This document shows, piece by piece, positions 1-8,894 of a stretch of DNA of 40,402 nucleotides (position 1 is the stretch's first letter; every line of letters starts with the position of its first letter). Origin of the DNA: Saprospiraceae bacterium (GTDB lineage: Bacteria > Bacteroidota > Bacteroidia > Chitinophagales > Saprospiraceae); assembly GCA_043728105.1 (NCBI GenBank), contig JAYTMW010000057.1:1-40402 (forward strand), read 5' to 3'. The position numbers were made by a program, and so were the translations under genes. The notes below the pieces were generated by a model. That model worked only from the letters and a program-made list of their open reading frames with translations. It ran no database searches and was not told the DNA's origin.

Positions 1-900
1 TGCCATTTTATGCAATTCACTCCATGATTTGGTGTCTAAAAACAAGTTTGTTGCCTTCAACAAATCTTGACGCAGTTCTAAGGTGTACCATATTTCTTCT
101 AATCCTGCTCGATAATATTTCGCCCGCATCTCATCTAATTCACTCTGCGTAAACACATTCGACGGTTGACCTGTTCCCCATGCACCGCCGCCACCGCCGC
201 CATTGTTTCCGCCTAACCCTCCTGGCGTACCTGACGTAGTCGGTGGCGCATCATCCGTGCATGTGATGTACTCTACATCAATTGTGTAATCGTCACCACT
301 AAACACATACGGACTATAAGTTTGTATTGTATAGGTGTGCAATACGCATCCTCTTACACCCAAGGGCTGCCCACCCGCCTTTGCCCGTTTGGCTTTGGCT
401 TGACCTTTATACTGCCCATTTTCGATATAAAAACCATGTTCGTACTTGCCGCCAAGGCTTGTGTATATGGCGGTGCCTGTAAAATCTTCTACGCTATACG
501 CTCCTTTTTTGGCAGTATGATATGCCTTATCTGGTACGTAAATTACTAACTTTCCTATAATTGTACCGTCTAACTGTCGAGTTGCCAATAATTTGAATTG
601 CGCATGATTATTGCCGCCAATCGCCAAAGGCGTTATTAAAAATTGGTGGGATGTTTGACTAAATCCGTTTTTTGATTGCCCCCATTCGGGCTTGGCTCGT
701 GGCAAAAGTGTGGAATCTTCACCCAAACTATTAGTCCCTTGTTCAACGGCTAATTTTTGCGCATACCATTGTTTCACTTCTTCAACCGTAATTGGATTTT
801 GTTGTGGATTATCTAAGCTTGAATCGATAAATATTAAGGGGTCACTTATTGATTCTATTTTCTGGCACCCCCAAAGCACCCCAAGCACAAGAATGGCCAA
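1..900 (-). CDS. Polymorphic-family lipoprotein, 5' portion only (C-terminus lies beyond window start); paralog of 24953..26683
   Basis: Absent from the ORF track because it runs off the window. Hand translation of the minus strand from TTG at 900 gives 300 codons without a stop (MAILVLGVLWGCQKIESISDP..NPITVEEVKQWYAQK..YSVEDFTGTAIYTSLGG..GGLGGNNGGGGGGAWGTGQ..). Lipobox LWGC. The N-terminal half aligns with the 576-aa ORF (NPLTVEMVQTWFESK; FSVDDFSGLFYQLG). Both have a Gly-run linker and differ after it. Confidence 0.7.
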   Translation of the reverse strand, partial: MAILVLGVLWGCQKIESISDPLIFIDSSLDNPQQNPITVEEVKQWYAQKLAVEQGTNSLGEDSTLLPRAKPEWGQSKNGFSQTSHQFLITPLAIGGNNHAQFKLLATRQLDGTIIGKLVIYVPDKAYHTAKKGAYSVEDFTGTAIYTSLGGKYEHGFYIENGQYKGQAKAKRAKAGGQPLGVRGCVLHTYTIQTYSPYVFSGDDYTIDVEYITCTDDAPPTTSGTPGGLGGNNGGGGGGAWGTGQPSNVFTQSELDEMRAKYYRAGLEEIWYTLELRQDLLKATNLFLDTKSWSELHKMA

Positions 901-912
901 TAAACCAAAATT

Positions 913-939
913 CCGAAAACGGCGTTACGCCGTTTTCGG
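913..939 (-). promoter_or_regulatory. Perfect hairpin CCGAAAACGGCG-TAA-CGCCGTTTTCGG carrying an in-frame TAA between a 16-codon leader ORF (ATG 975) and the lipoprotein frame
   Basis: Read directly. ATG 975, TAA 927..925 and TTG 900 are in one frame. The identical 27-nt hairpin occurs at 26696..26722 in the paralog. Confidence 0.6.
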
Positions 940-1391
940 CGATAATTTGAAATAACACATTAATTTTTTCATCATGTTTTAAATTTAAAAAAATAAAAAA
1001 TTAGGTTAAAAAAAGTTTACCGCCTACGCAGACAAGTAAAATATCGTGTATCCATTCGACTCCACAACTTGGGCTGAAATCGTTTTCAAAAAAGAAAATA
1101 TACTGTTATATCAAACCAACACAAAAAGACGAGACAACTATGTTTAAACTAATAAAAACTTGTGAATTACTACGCTATATTTATTTTAAGTTGCCTTTTG
1201 CAAATGATTACAATGCAATGTAAATACATAACAATCAACTAACAATATTTATTTTAATAAAAATTTTGAATTTGATAAAATTACTATTTATGAAGTAGGC
1301 TTGATATTTTTATTTGTAAATATTTTTGCACATACAAAAATAGTATTTAAAAAATTTTGGTGTAACTACCGTTTTCTGTTTGTTAGGTGTC

Positions 1392-2276
1392 CTATCTAAA
1401 CCCCACCCCCACAAACCGCAAAACATCAGGCAAAGCCGACTTCGCATACTCCATATCATGCCCGCCGTCACGCATCCGATATTCGTGTGGGATTTGTTTT
1501 TTCGTCATCAAAAGATGCAGTGCGCAGTTGCCTTCCGAAAACGCATCATCGTCACCACAATCGAAATACCAACGGGTGTTTTTGAGGATTGGCAGCGGCA
1601 AAATTTCTATTAATTTGAAAATAGAATTTTTTTGAAAATAAGGGTTTAATCGGTCTGGGCCCCTCAGTTTTAAGCCAAATTTACCATCGAATCGAGCATC
1701 GTAATACCCATTGTCCATGTCAACAAACATCGAATCCGTGCGTACCGCCGCACTTAAACCTACGACGGCAGCAAACTTATCAGTGTGTTTCAATCCATAT
1801 AAAGTTGCCCCAAAACCACCCATTGAAACACCGACAATTGCACGATTTGTGCGTTCGGGTTTTGTTCGATAGGTTGAGTCAATAAAAGGTAGTAATTCTT
1901 TGATAAAATAATCTTCATAAAGCACTTTATTATCGTAGGTATTGAGGTAATAATCGTTTCTACCATCAGGCATCACGACAATCATTTCGGGAATTGATTT
2001 ATTCAAAATCAATTTATTTACCACCGAATCCACCTTGCCATACTTTGTCCAACCCTTTTCGTCGCCCCCTTGCCCATGCAATAAAAAGACAACGGGAAAG
2101 CGTTTTTGGCTGTATCTATATCCTTTCGGTAGGTAAATCGTGTATTTCATATCTTGACTCAAAATGGTACTTTTTACGCTACGGCTGTTCATAACCGTGC
2201 CTTTTTGTGCATTAAGTGGAACATAAGCAAGCAAAATCAGCAAAATACTGAGGGGGTAGATGTAACTTGGAATCAT
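1392..2276 (-). CDS. Secreted esterase (putative-esterase / esterase D-like alpha/beta hydrolase)
   Basis: 294-aa ORF with a signal peptide. LLHGQGGDE, nucleophile elbow GVSMGG (GxSxG), and CGDDD..GGH near the C-terminus. Confidence 0.8.
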   Translation of the reverse strand: MIPSYIYPLSILLILLAYVPLNAQKGTVMNSRSVKSTILSQDMKYTIYLPKGYRYSQKRFPVVFLLHGQGGDEKGWTKYGKVDSVVNKLILNKSIPEMIVVMPDGRNDYYLNTYDNKVLYEDYFIKELLPFIDSTYRTKPERTNRAIVGVSMGGFGATLYGLKHTDKFAAVVGLSAAVRTDSMFVDMDNGYYDARFDGKFGLKLRGPDRLNPYFQKNSIFKLIEILPLPILKNTRWYFDCGDDDAFSEGNCALHLLMTKKQIPHEYRMRDGGHDMEYAKSALPDVLRFVGVGFR

Positions 2277-2346
2277 AAAGTGGCTTTTGTTTTTTTATTA
2301 AATCTGATGAATATTAGCAACTATGAAGAACAAAGATAAAGGAAAT

Positions 2347-3228
2347 CTACTTAAAACCGACAGCCACAAACCGCAAAACATCGGGCAAAGCGGTGCGCCA
2401 ATATGTCCAATCATGCGCCCCATCACGCACCCGAAACTCGTGCGGTATTCTGCGTTTATTCATCAAAACATGCAAGGTGCAACTGCCTTCAATCAGATAA
2501 TCATCATCGCCGCAATCGAAATACCAACGAGTGGCTTTCAAGGTTGATTCGGGCATCGTTTCTATCAATTTCAACACCGAATTTTTCTGATAATAGTCGT
2601 TTACTTTGTTTAGGCCCCTCAGTTTTTGACCCAATTTGCTGTCAAAACGAGAATCGAAAAGGCTATCTGACAAGGCAATCATGGCTTCGTCTGTACGAAT
2701 TGCACTACTCAAACCCACACTTACTGAAAACATTTCGGAATGCTTCAAACCATACAAGGCCGCCCCATAGCCACCCATTGAGAGGCCCGCCAAAGCCCGT
2801 GAAGCCCGTTCAGGTTTGGTGCGAAAAGTGGAGTCCACAAAAGGCACGAGTTCTTTTATAAAATAATCTTCATACTTAAATTTTCCGTCAAAAGTATTCA
2901 AATAATAATCATTTCTACCATCGGGCATCACGATAATCATTTCGGGAATTGCTTTGGTTTCCATTAATTTGTTCGCCATGCTATCCGCTTTTCCTATCTT
3001 TACCCAATCGGTTTCGTTACCCGAATAACCGTGCAATAAATACAAAACAGGATACCGTTTTTGGCTCTTTTGATAACCATTTGGCAAATAAATATTGTAT
3101 TTCATCCCCTGTTTCAATATAGCACTTTTGATGATTTGGCTATTTAAAACGCTGCCTTGTTGGGCGTTTAATTGTAAAAAAACGCTTAAAATGATTAAAA
3201 TACTGAGGGGGTATTGACTATTTTTCAT
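2347..3228 (-). CDS. Secreted esterase, tandem paralog of 1392..2276
   Basis: 293-aa ORF alignable end to end with the neighbour (GLSMGG, CGDDD, RDGAHD). Same YPLSIL signal-peptide segment encoded by the 13-mer repeat. Confidence 0.8.
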   Translation of the reverse strand: MKNSQYPLSILIILSVFLQLNAQQGSVLNSQIIKSAILKQGMKYNIYLPNGYQKSQKRYPVLYLLHGYSGNETDWVKIGKADSMANKLMETKAIPEMIIVMPDGRNDYYLNTFDGKFKYEDYFIKELVPFVDSTFRTKPERASRALAGLSMGGYGAALYGLKHSEMFSVSVGLSSAIRTDEAMIALSDSLFDSRFDSKLGQKLRGLNKVNDYYQKNSVLKLIETMPESTLKATRWYFDCGDDDYLIEGSCTLHVLMNKRRIPHEFRVRDGAHDWTYWRTALPDVLRFVAVGFK

Positions 3229-3308
3229 ACTGATTATTTTTATTAAAATTATGGAATAGAATACTATTTGGGTATGTCATCCCGATGAATCGGGATTCGA
3301 CGGGTTCG

Positions 3309-3552
3309 GATAAATCCGACCTGTGCGATTAAAACATCTATCATCTTGAAACCACCGATTTTAATCGGTGGGTAAGTAACTACCACTAATGCCATCTATC
3401 TTCTTTTCAAAAACATCACATCTAATACATGCAGTATGTGATGTTTTTGAAAAGAAGATAGATGTGTTCCGTGGGTTTGCATGACCCACCGATTAAAATC
3501 GGTGGTTTCAAGATGATAGATGTTACCGAACATTTTTAATCGCACAGGTTGG
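3309..3552. repeat. Nested palindromic element, copy A
   Basis: Outer arms cctgtgcgatt(3320)..aatcgcacagg(3548). Inner arms catctatcatcttgaaaccaccgatt / aatcggtggtttcaagatgatagatg. Central hairpin 3393..3463. Small GATT..AATC hairpins at 3352..3369 and 3487..3506. Related copy at 31132..31444, partial copy at 40293..40320. Confidence 0.85.
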
Positions 3553-3565
3553 ATAATTTCGTAAG

Positions 3566-6500
3566 CTACATTACCGTCCGTGTAACCACATTTTGCCGAT
3601 TAAAAAAGGTAATATTTTGCATACTTTCATCCATACCGATTGTTCGAGATTCTTGGCTCATAAATGAATGCCCCCACGGAAACTCTGTTAATCGGTTTTG
3701 TCCATTTTTCAACAAAATCAAGGCTTTTACTTCATTTTTCTCCACTTTAATCAGTTTTTTCACGGTCTTTTTAGGAGAAAAAACTTTTAAATCATCCTTA
3801 AACTGGGTGGCTAAAAGCAATTCATGGGTATTGTTTTGAACGGCAATACGGGTTAAAGCTCGTGCATCGTGCGGCACTACAAATCCACTCTGCTCAATAC
3901 TGAGGGGTACGAAATTTTTACCGTCTTTGTTCTTCAAAACCAAACCATTGAAGGCATCGGCCCGACCTTGTAGCAACTCCATACCAAAATCATTACCGAC
4001 CATCACCACATCTAACAAGCCATCGCCATCATAATCATACGTCATCATACCATACACGGGAGCGAGTTGCGCTTCTGTTGGCAACGGCGTTATTTTGAAC
4101 TTGCCATTGCCTACATTTTCGATAAAACTTGAATACATCCAATTGGCTTGCATTTTTTGTACGCCTTGCATTTCTTCTTTCGTGAAAACATCTTTAACCG
4201 CAGCACTGCCAAATGCCCCATACGTTTTGAATTTGGTACGAATCATCACCAATTGCTTAATCATATCGTCACGAGTATGGTAAAAATACTCCTGTTTTTT
4301 ACCCGTTGAATCCATCCAAAAGCACGAAATAAAGGGGTCATACAAGCCGTTTTTATCAAAATCTTTGGCGTAAATACTGAGGGGTTCATCCGATGAACAT
4401 TGGAAATAAGTATTTTTGCCAAAATTGCCACCGATGTAATCCATATCACCGTCATTGTCAAAATCACCGCCTACGAGACTATTCCACCACCCTATTTTAT
4501 CACCAATACCCGTTTGAGCCGTAACATTTATAAATTTCCCATTCTGATTTTGCAAAAAAGTCAAAGGCATCCACTCGCCCGCAAGGATTAAATCGGGTTG
4601 ATTGTCGCCGTTAAAATCGGTCCAAAGCGCATCACTCACCATGCCAATCATGGACAATTGAGGGCAAACCAATTCTGTAACATCCGTAAATTGAGGTTTA
4701 TTTTGCTTACTATCATTGCGTAAAAGATAGGTTTTATCCGCTTTTGGATAATTTTTAGCCATTAACCGACAAGTGCGGAGTAAATCCAAATCACCATCGC
4801 CGTCAAAATCCACAGCTTTCACGACCGAGCCACTTGACCGTATTTTTGGCAAACTAAGCGAATCTATTTTAAAATTGCCTTTGCCATCATTCACGCATAA
4901 AATATCTTGATACAATGCTGAACCCAATTCCGCTTGCCCGCTTCCCCGCACGATGTAGAGGTCATTGTCACCATCATTATCCGCATCGAAAAGCAACGTA
5001 CCCATGTCTTCCTCTTTTTTCTCCGAATTGGTTTTGTAAGCCACCTTTTTTTGTTGAAACGAGCCATTTGGTTGCTGCATAAACCACGTTTCATCCACCC
5101 CACTACCGCCACTGATGAAAAAATCTTCCAAACCATCCCCATTCACATCCCCCACGGCAATACTCGGATTATACTGTGAAAATTTATGTGGTAATGTTTT
5201 TTGAAAGTTAAAATCAATAAAATCAGTATCCTCACTTCTCCATTTCAAACCCAAAACAGTGACATCAGGCGTTGAAAAAGGCTGAAATACTGAGGGGCCT
5301 GTTGTTTGGTATTTGCTACCCGCTTCTTCAATAACCACAACTTGATTGAGATTAGGATTCGTTATTTTTTGACAAACTCCACTCGCCCATTTTACCAAAA
5401 CTGAATCTACTTTATTCGTTTGCCCCAAACCAAAATGGACAATATCTTCTGATTTAGACAAATATCCACGACCCGAAGCGAGTTGTGCAACTTGTTTTTG
5501 ACCATTAAAAAACGCCGTTACTACCGCCCCATAAGCAAGGCTGTTGGACGACGGCCCCCTCAGTTTTAAGCGCAAAAAATTGTTTTTCTGCGCTTTTTTA
5601 TCGTCATTAAGTGTATTCTTAAAAACAAATGCTTTATCATTCATATTATTCACGACAATGTCTAAGTCTCCATCATTGTCTAAATCTGCGTAAGCCGAGC
5701 CGTTGGAAAATGACGTTTTCACATCCAAACCCCACTCTTTTGACGCATTAGAAAATTTCAAATTACCTTCATTTTTAAACATAAAATTAGGCACTTTTAT
5801 CTGCGGAATTTGTTTTTGCAAATCCATTTCTGTCATCAAATAACTCACGCCACTCCGAAAAGCCCCAAAATCATGATCTGTCACATCTCTTGGAAAACCA
5901 TTCGTGACATAAATATCTCGATTCCCATCGTTATCGAAATCCGCCATCAAAGGTGACCAACTCCATTCGGTCTCTTGCACATTTGCCATGAACGAGACAT
6001 CACTAAAAATAGGCAAACCCGTTTGCGGATTTAGCCCTTGATTGAGTTGTAGCGTGTTCCGTGCATATTGATATTCGTAGCCATACGTTTCGTTGTTGAT
6101 GTAAGACGTGTAGTTATTGGCATTAAGGAAAAGTTTTTTACGCTTATTGTGATAGGGCAACATTTCAGTTGTGAACATATCCAATTTACCATCGTTGTTG
6201 ATGTCCGCAACATCACTACCCATTGCAGAATTTGATTGATGTTTGAAAACCGAAGCTACTTCATTTTTAAAAGTACCATTTTTTTGATTGATATAAATTA
6301 AATCATTCGTAAGGTAGTCGTTAGCTACGTATATATCGAGCCAACCATCTTCATTAAAATCTAAAATCAGGCTGCTGTGAGAATAACCGTCATATTTAAT
6401 GCCCGCTTGTGTCGAACAATCCGTGAATACGGGATGTCCTAAACTCTGATTAAAGTCGTTTCGATAGAGTCTATCTTTATTAACCGTATTTTCTCTTTTA

Positions 6501-7117
6501 TCTTTGGTAAAAAATTGATTTGGATAAGGCGTGTCCATGTAATTCACGCCAATAAAAAGGTCTAAATCACCATCATTATCGTAGTCAAAAAACTGGGCAT
6601 TAGCGGAATGAGTGGTGTCAGATATGCCATACTCTTGGGCTGATTCTTTGAACAAAGGTACCCCCTCAGTATTTCCCCCATTTATGTAGAGTAAATTTTT
6701 TCTTTTTTCTGGATTATTCAAAAAAGTATTACAAACATAAATATCCAACTTACCGTCTTGATTGATGTCGATGAGACTAACACCTGCCGACCATTCGCCG
6801 TTTTTTTTCAAAACATTGGCTTTTTCGGTTATGTCTTCAAAAGATAGATTGCCCCGATTGAGGTAGAGTTTGTTTTGCACTTGGTTGCCCGTGAAAAAGA
6901 GGTCTTGCAAACCGTCACCGTTTAAGTCACCAACCGCCACACCACCGCCGTTGTAGATGAATTCGGAATTAATAATCGTTAAAGTGTCATTTTCAGTGAT
7001 TTGATTGTTGAAATCAATGCCTGATTGGGTGCTGTCGAGTAATTGGAATAATGTTTTTTTGTTGTTGCACGCACTCAACCCCAACGTGATGCAAAAAATG
7101 TATATAATTTTCCTCAT
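3566..7117 (-). CDS. FG-GAP/VCBS-repeat lipoprotein with ASPIC/UnbV-like domain (CRTAC1-like)
   Basis: 1194-aa ORF. I prefer ATG at 7117 (MRKIIYIFCITLGLSAC lipobox) over 7150. Many D-x-D/N-x-D-G-x-x-D FG-GAP calcium-site repeats. Central UnbV/ASPIC-like stretch LRLKLRGPSSNSLAYGAVVTAFFNGQKQV..GRGYLSKSEDIVHFGLG. Confidence 0.85.
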   Translation of the reverse strand: MRKIIYIFCITLGLSACNNKKTLFQLLDSTQSGIDFNNQITENDTLTIINSEFIYNGGGVAVGDLNGDGLQDLFFTGNQVQNKLYLNRGNLSFEDITEKANVLKKNGEWSAGVSLIDINQDGKLDIYVCNTFLNNPEKRKNLLYINGGNTEGVPLFKESAQEYGISDTTHSANAQFFDYDNDGDLDLFIGVNYMDTPYPNQFFTKDKRENTVNKDRLYRNDFNQSLGHPVFTDCSTQAGIKYDGYSHSSLILDFNEDGWLDIYVANDYLTNDLIYINQKNGTFKNEVASVFKHQSNSAMGSDVADINNDGKLDMFTTEMLPYHNKRKKLFLNANNYTSYINNETYGYEYQYARNTLQLNQGLNPQTGLPIFSDVSFMANVQETEWSWSPLMADFDNDGNRDIYVTNGFPRDVTDHDFGAFRSGVSYLMTEMDLQKQIPQIKVPNFMFKNEGNLKFSNASKEWGLDVKTSFSNGSAYADLDNDGDLDIVVNNMNDKAFVFKNTLNDDKKAQKNNFLRLKLRGPSSNSLAYGAVVTAFFNGQKQVAQLASGRGYLSKSEDIVHFGLGQTNKVDSVLVKWASGVCQKITNPNLNQVVVIEEAGSKYQTTGPSVFQPFSTPDVTVLGLKWRSEDTDFIDFNFQKTLPHKFSQYNPSIAVGDVNGDGLEDFFISGGSGVDETWFMQQPNGSFQQKKVAYKTNSEKKEEDMGTLLFDADNDGDNDLYIVRGSGQAELGSALYQDILCVNDGKGNFKIDSLSLPKIRSSGSVVKAVDFDGDGDLDLLRTCRLMAKNYPKADKTYLLRNDSKQNKPQFTDVTELVCPQLSMIGMVSDALWTDFNGDNQPDLILAGEWMPLTFLQNQNGKFINVTAQTGIGDKIGWWNSLVGGDFDNDGDMDYIGGNFGKNTYFQCSSDEPLSIYAKDFDKNGLYDPFISCFWMDSTGKKQEYFYHTRDDMIKQLVMIRTKFKTYGAFGSAAVKDVFTKEEMQGVQKMQANWMYSSFIENVGNGKFKITPLPTEAQLAPVYGMMTYDYDGDGLLDVVMVGNDFGMELLQGRADAFNGLVLKNKDGKNFVPLSIEQSGFVVPHDARALTRIAVQNNTHELLLATQFKDDLKVFSPKKTVKKLIKVEKNEVKALILLKNGQNRLTEFPWGHSFMSQESRTIGMDESMQNITFFNRQNVVTRTVM

Positions 7118-7162
7118 AAGAGTAAAGATATTTAAAAACCTAAAAATCAAATCAAAACAGGT

Positions 7163-8704
7163 TTATTTTAATTTATTTTCCATGAATAAAAACGGTAGTA
7201 TTTTCTCAGTTCTCTCATTTTTATTACTGTTTCCCGCCAAACTTATCACAAAAGAACCCAAAAGAATATCTATATCGCCATCGCCGTCGGCATCTCCAAT
7301 ATCCATTGTCATCCATCTGCCTTGCGTTGCTTCTTTGAATGTGTAAGGTTTAAATTTGAAAGTTTGAGTTTGCTCAAGGTATAAAAAATGAGCTTCGGGT
7401 TTTGTTTTATCGCTTGGGAACATAGAAGTTACAACAATATCCATGTCGCCATCGGCATCAAAGTCAGCGGCTCTTGCTTGGAACGCTCCGTTCATAGGAT
7501 AGAATACCCCCTCAGTAAAATTATCTTTTCCGTCATTTAAAAACACTCTCACGCCGTGGTATGGTTTCAAAATGGGTGAAAAATCTTCATTATCACCATT
7601 TGTGTAGAGAATATCAGTCGTACCGTTTTTGTCGAAATCCAATAATTGTATGTCGCATGAACCATAAACAGACGGAAACTGCAAGACTTGTTTTTCCGTA
7701 AAACTACCATCTTTTTTGGCGTAATAAATATTAATACACTCATTGCCTTGTGCCATCAAAACGGCTAAATCTATCAATCCATCTTTGTTAAAATCGTGTG
7801 GAATAACCTTACTGGCACCTGCCATACCCGACAATGCTACGCCATTCCAGATTTGATTTTTTTTCTTATAAAAAGACAATTGACCTTTTTGGTAGCCATA
7901 TTCACAAATTGCAACGCCTGATTCATTGTTTTGGGCATCAACTGCCGCCATAAAAGTAGGGCGTTTTAGATTTCGTAAGAGCGTTGTGTTTTGTTTAGAT
8001 TTCAGATCTAATTGAAACAGTGCACCCTCAAACTGTTCGTTTGGATGAATCTGACCTATGCCCAAAACCAACCATTTTTCATTGTTGGAACGGATAAGAC
8101 CAACTGGTGGCGAAGAAAAATTATAGGTGTTTTCAATTGTAATGTCTTTTTTTTGCGTAGCGAGCGTGAGAAGGCGACCATCAAACAGACCAATATTCAA
8201 ACGCTTGTTGAGGGTGTCAATTTTCGTCATTGTTAGCAGTGGCGGAATGTTCGTTTCAGAGATTTTTTTAAGGTTAAATCCTTTTAATAATTGAACATTT
8301 TGCCTCTGATACTGAGGGGGTATCAAAGAATCGGGTGCTTCTTTTTTATAAAAATCTACTATTTTATGCCAATCTTCTTCATTAATTAAGGGTGTAGTTG
8401 GGTAGATGTTTTCGGTTTCAATCATCATTTTATCGAACTCTCCCATTTTTGCAAACGGGTCATAGTTGGCTGTTTTGATGCCGAGACGTGCGCCCATATT
8501 GGGCAAAAGTTCTTTGATCCAAGTTTTTTTATCCAAAAGACTTGGTTCGGGATATTGATGACAGTTGCCACAATAGATTTGAGCAAGTTCGTTGCCTAAC
8601 TTGCCCGAAGGCTTTAAAGTTATATTTTGCTGACTCGAAGTGGATGTATTTTGGCAATTTTGAAAGACAACTACAACCACGATAAAAATAATAATTTTCT
8701 TCAT
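7163..8704 (-). CDS. FG-GAP/VCBS-repeat protein with N-terminal CXXCH (heme c-type) motif
   Basis: 513-aa ORF with a hydrophobic N-terminus ending VFQNC. CGNCH motif. C-terminal repeats DFDADGDMDIVV and DADGDGDIDILL. Confidence 0.75.
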   Translation of the reverse strand: MKKIIIFIVVVVVFQNCQNTSTSSQQNITLKPSGKLGNELAQIYCGNCHQYPEPSLLDKKTWIKELLPNMGARLGIKTANYDPFAKMGEFDKMMIETENIYPTTPLINEEDWHKIVDFYKKEAPDSLIPPQYQRQNVQLLKGFNLKKISETNIPPLLTMTKIDTLNKRLNIGLFDGRLLTLATQKKDITIENTYNFSSPPVGLIRSNNEKWLVLGIGQIHPNEQFEGALFQLDLKSKQNTTLLRNLKRPTFMAAVDAQNNESGVAICEYGYQKGQLSFYKKKNQIWNGVALSGMAGASKVIPHDFNKDGLIDLAVLMAQGNECINIYYAKKDGSFTEKQVLQFPSVYGSCDIQLLDFDKNGTTDILYTNGDNEDFSPILKPYHGVRVFLNDGKDNFTEGVFYPMNGAFQARAADFDADGDMDIVVTSMFPSDKTKPEAHFLYLEQTQTFKFKPYTFKEATQGRWMTMDIGDADGDGDIDILLGSFVISLAGNSNKNERTEKILPFLFMENKLK

Positions 8705-8774
8705 AGGTTCTGAGTTAAGGTTCTTTTAGTATTTATACACAAAAGTTTGATTGAAATAATGAACTTTCAAATCT

Positions 8775-8816
8775 AAAAAAGCCCTTGCACATTTTGTACA
8801 AGGGCGTATTTTTTGC
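8775..8816 (-). terminator. Rho-independent-type hairpin downstream of the SusD-like gene
   Basis: gcccttgcac-atttt-gtacaagggc (one mismatch), flanked by A6 on the left and T-run on the right. It can therefore terminate in either direction. Confidence 0.5.
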
Positions 8817-8820
8817 CTTG

Positions 8821-8853
8821 TACTGAGGGGGATAAAATAGTACCCCCTCAGTA
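8821..8853. repeat. Inverted pair of the abundant motif forming an 11-bp-stem hairpin
   Basis: tactgaggggg (8821..8831), 11-nt loop, ccccctcagta (8843..8853), followed by ttttgg. Confidence 0.9.
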
Positions 8854-8894
8854 TTTTGGCTTTAATTCAGAAATAACTGAAAACTAAGGTACAA

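Noticed and set aside
925-927. Genome-wide reassignment of TAA as a sense codon, to explain the in-frame stops in the lipoprotein leaders
   Set aside because: Other genes here terminate sensibly at TAA. For example, the 576-aa ORF ends at TAA 1 nt before the next ATG, and repA ends at TAA at the first iteron. Protein lengths match family expectations under the standard code.
2403-2861. Long antisense ORFs overlapping strong CDSs (2403..2861, 12049..12408, 22511..22963, 28776..29273, 28949..29413, 30397..30801, 35414..35845)
   Set aside because: They are shadow ORFs opposite genes with clear family signatures. Their composition is Arg/Ser/Cys-rich or otherwise atypical, and they have no independent support.
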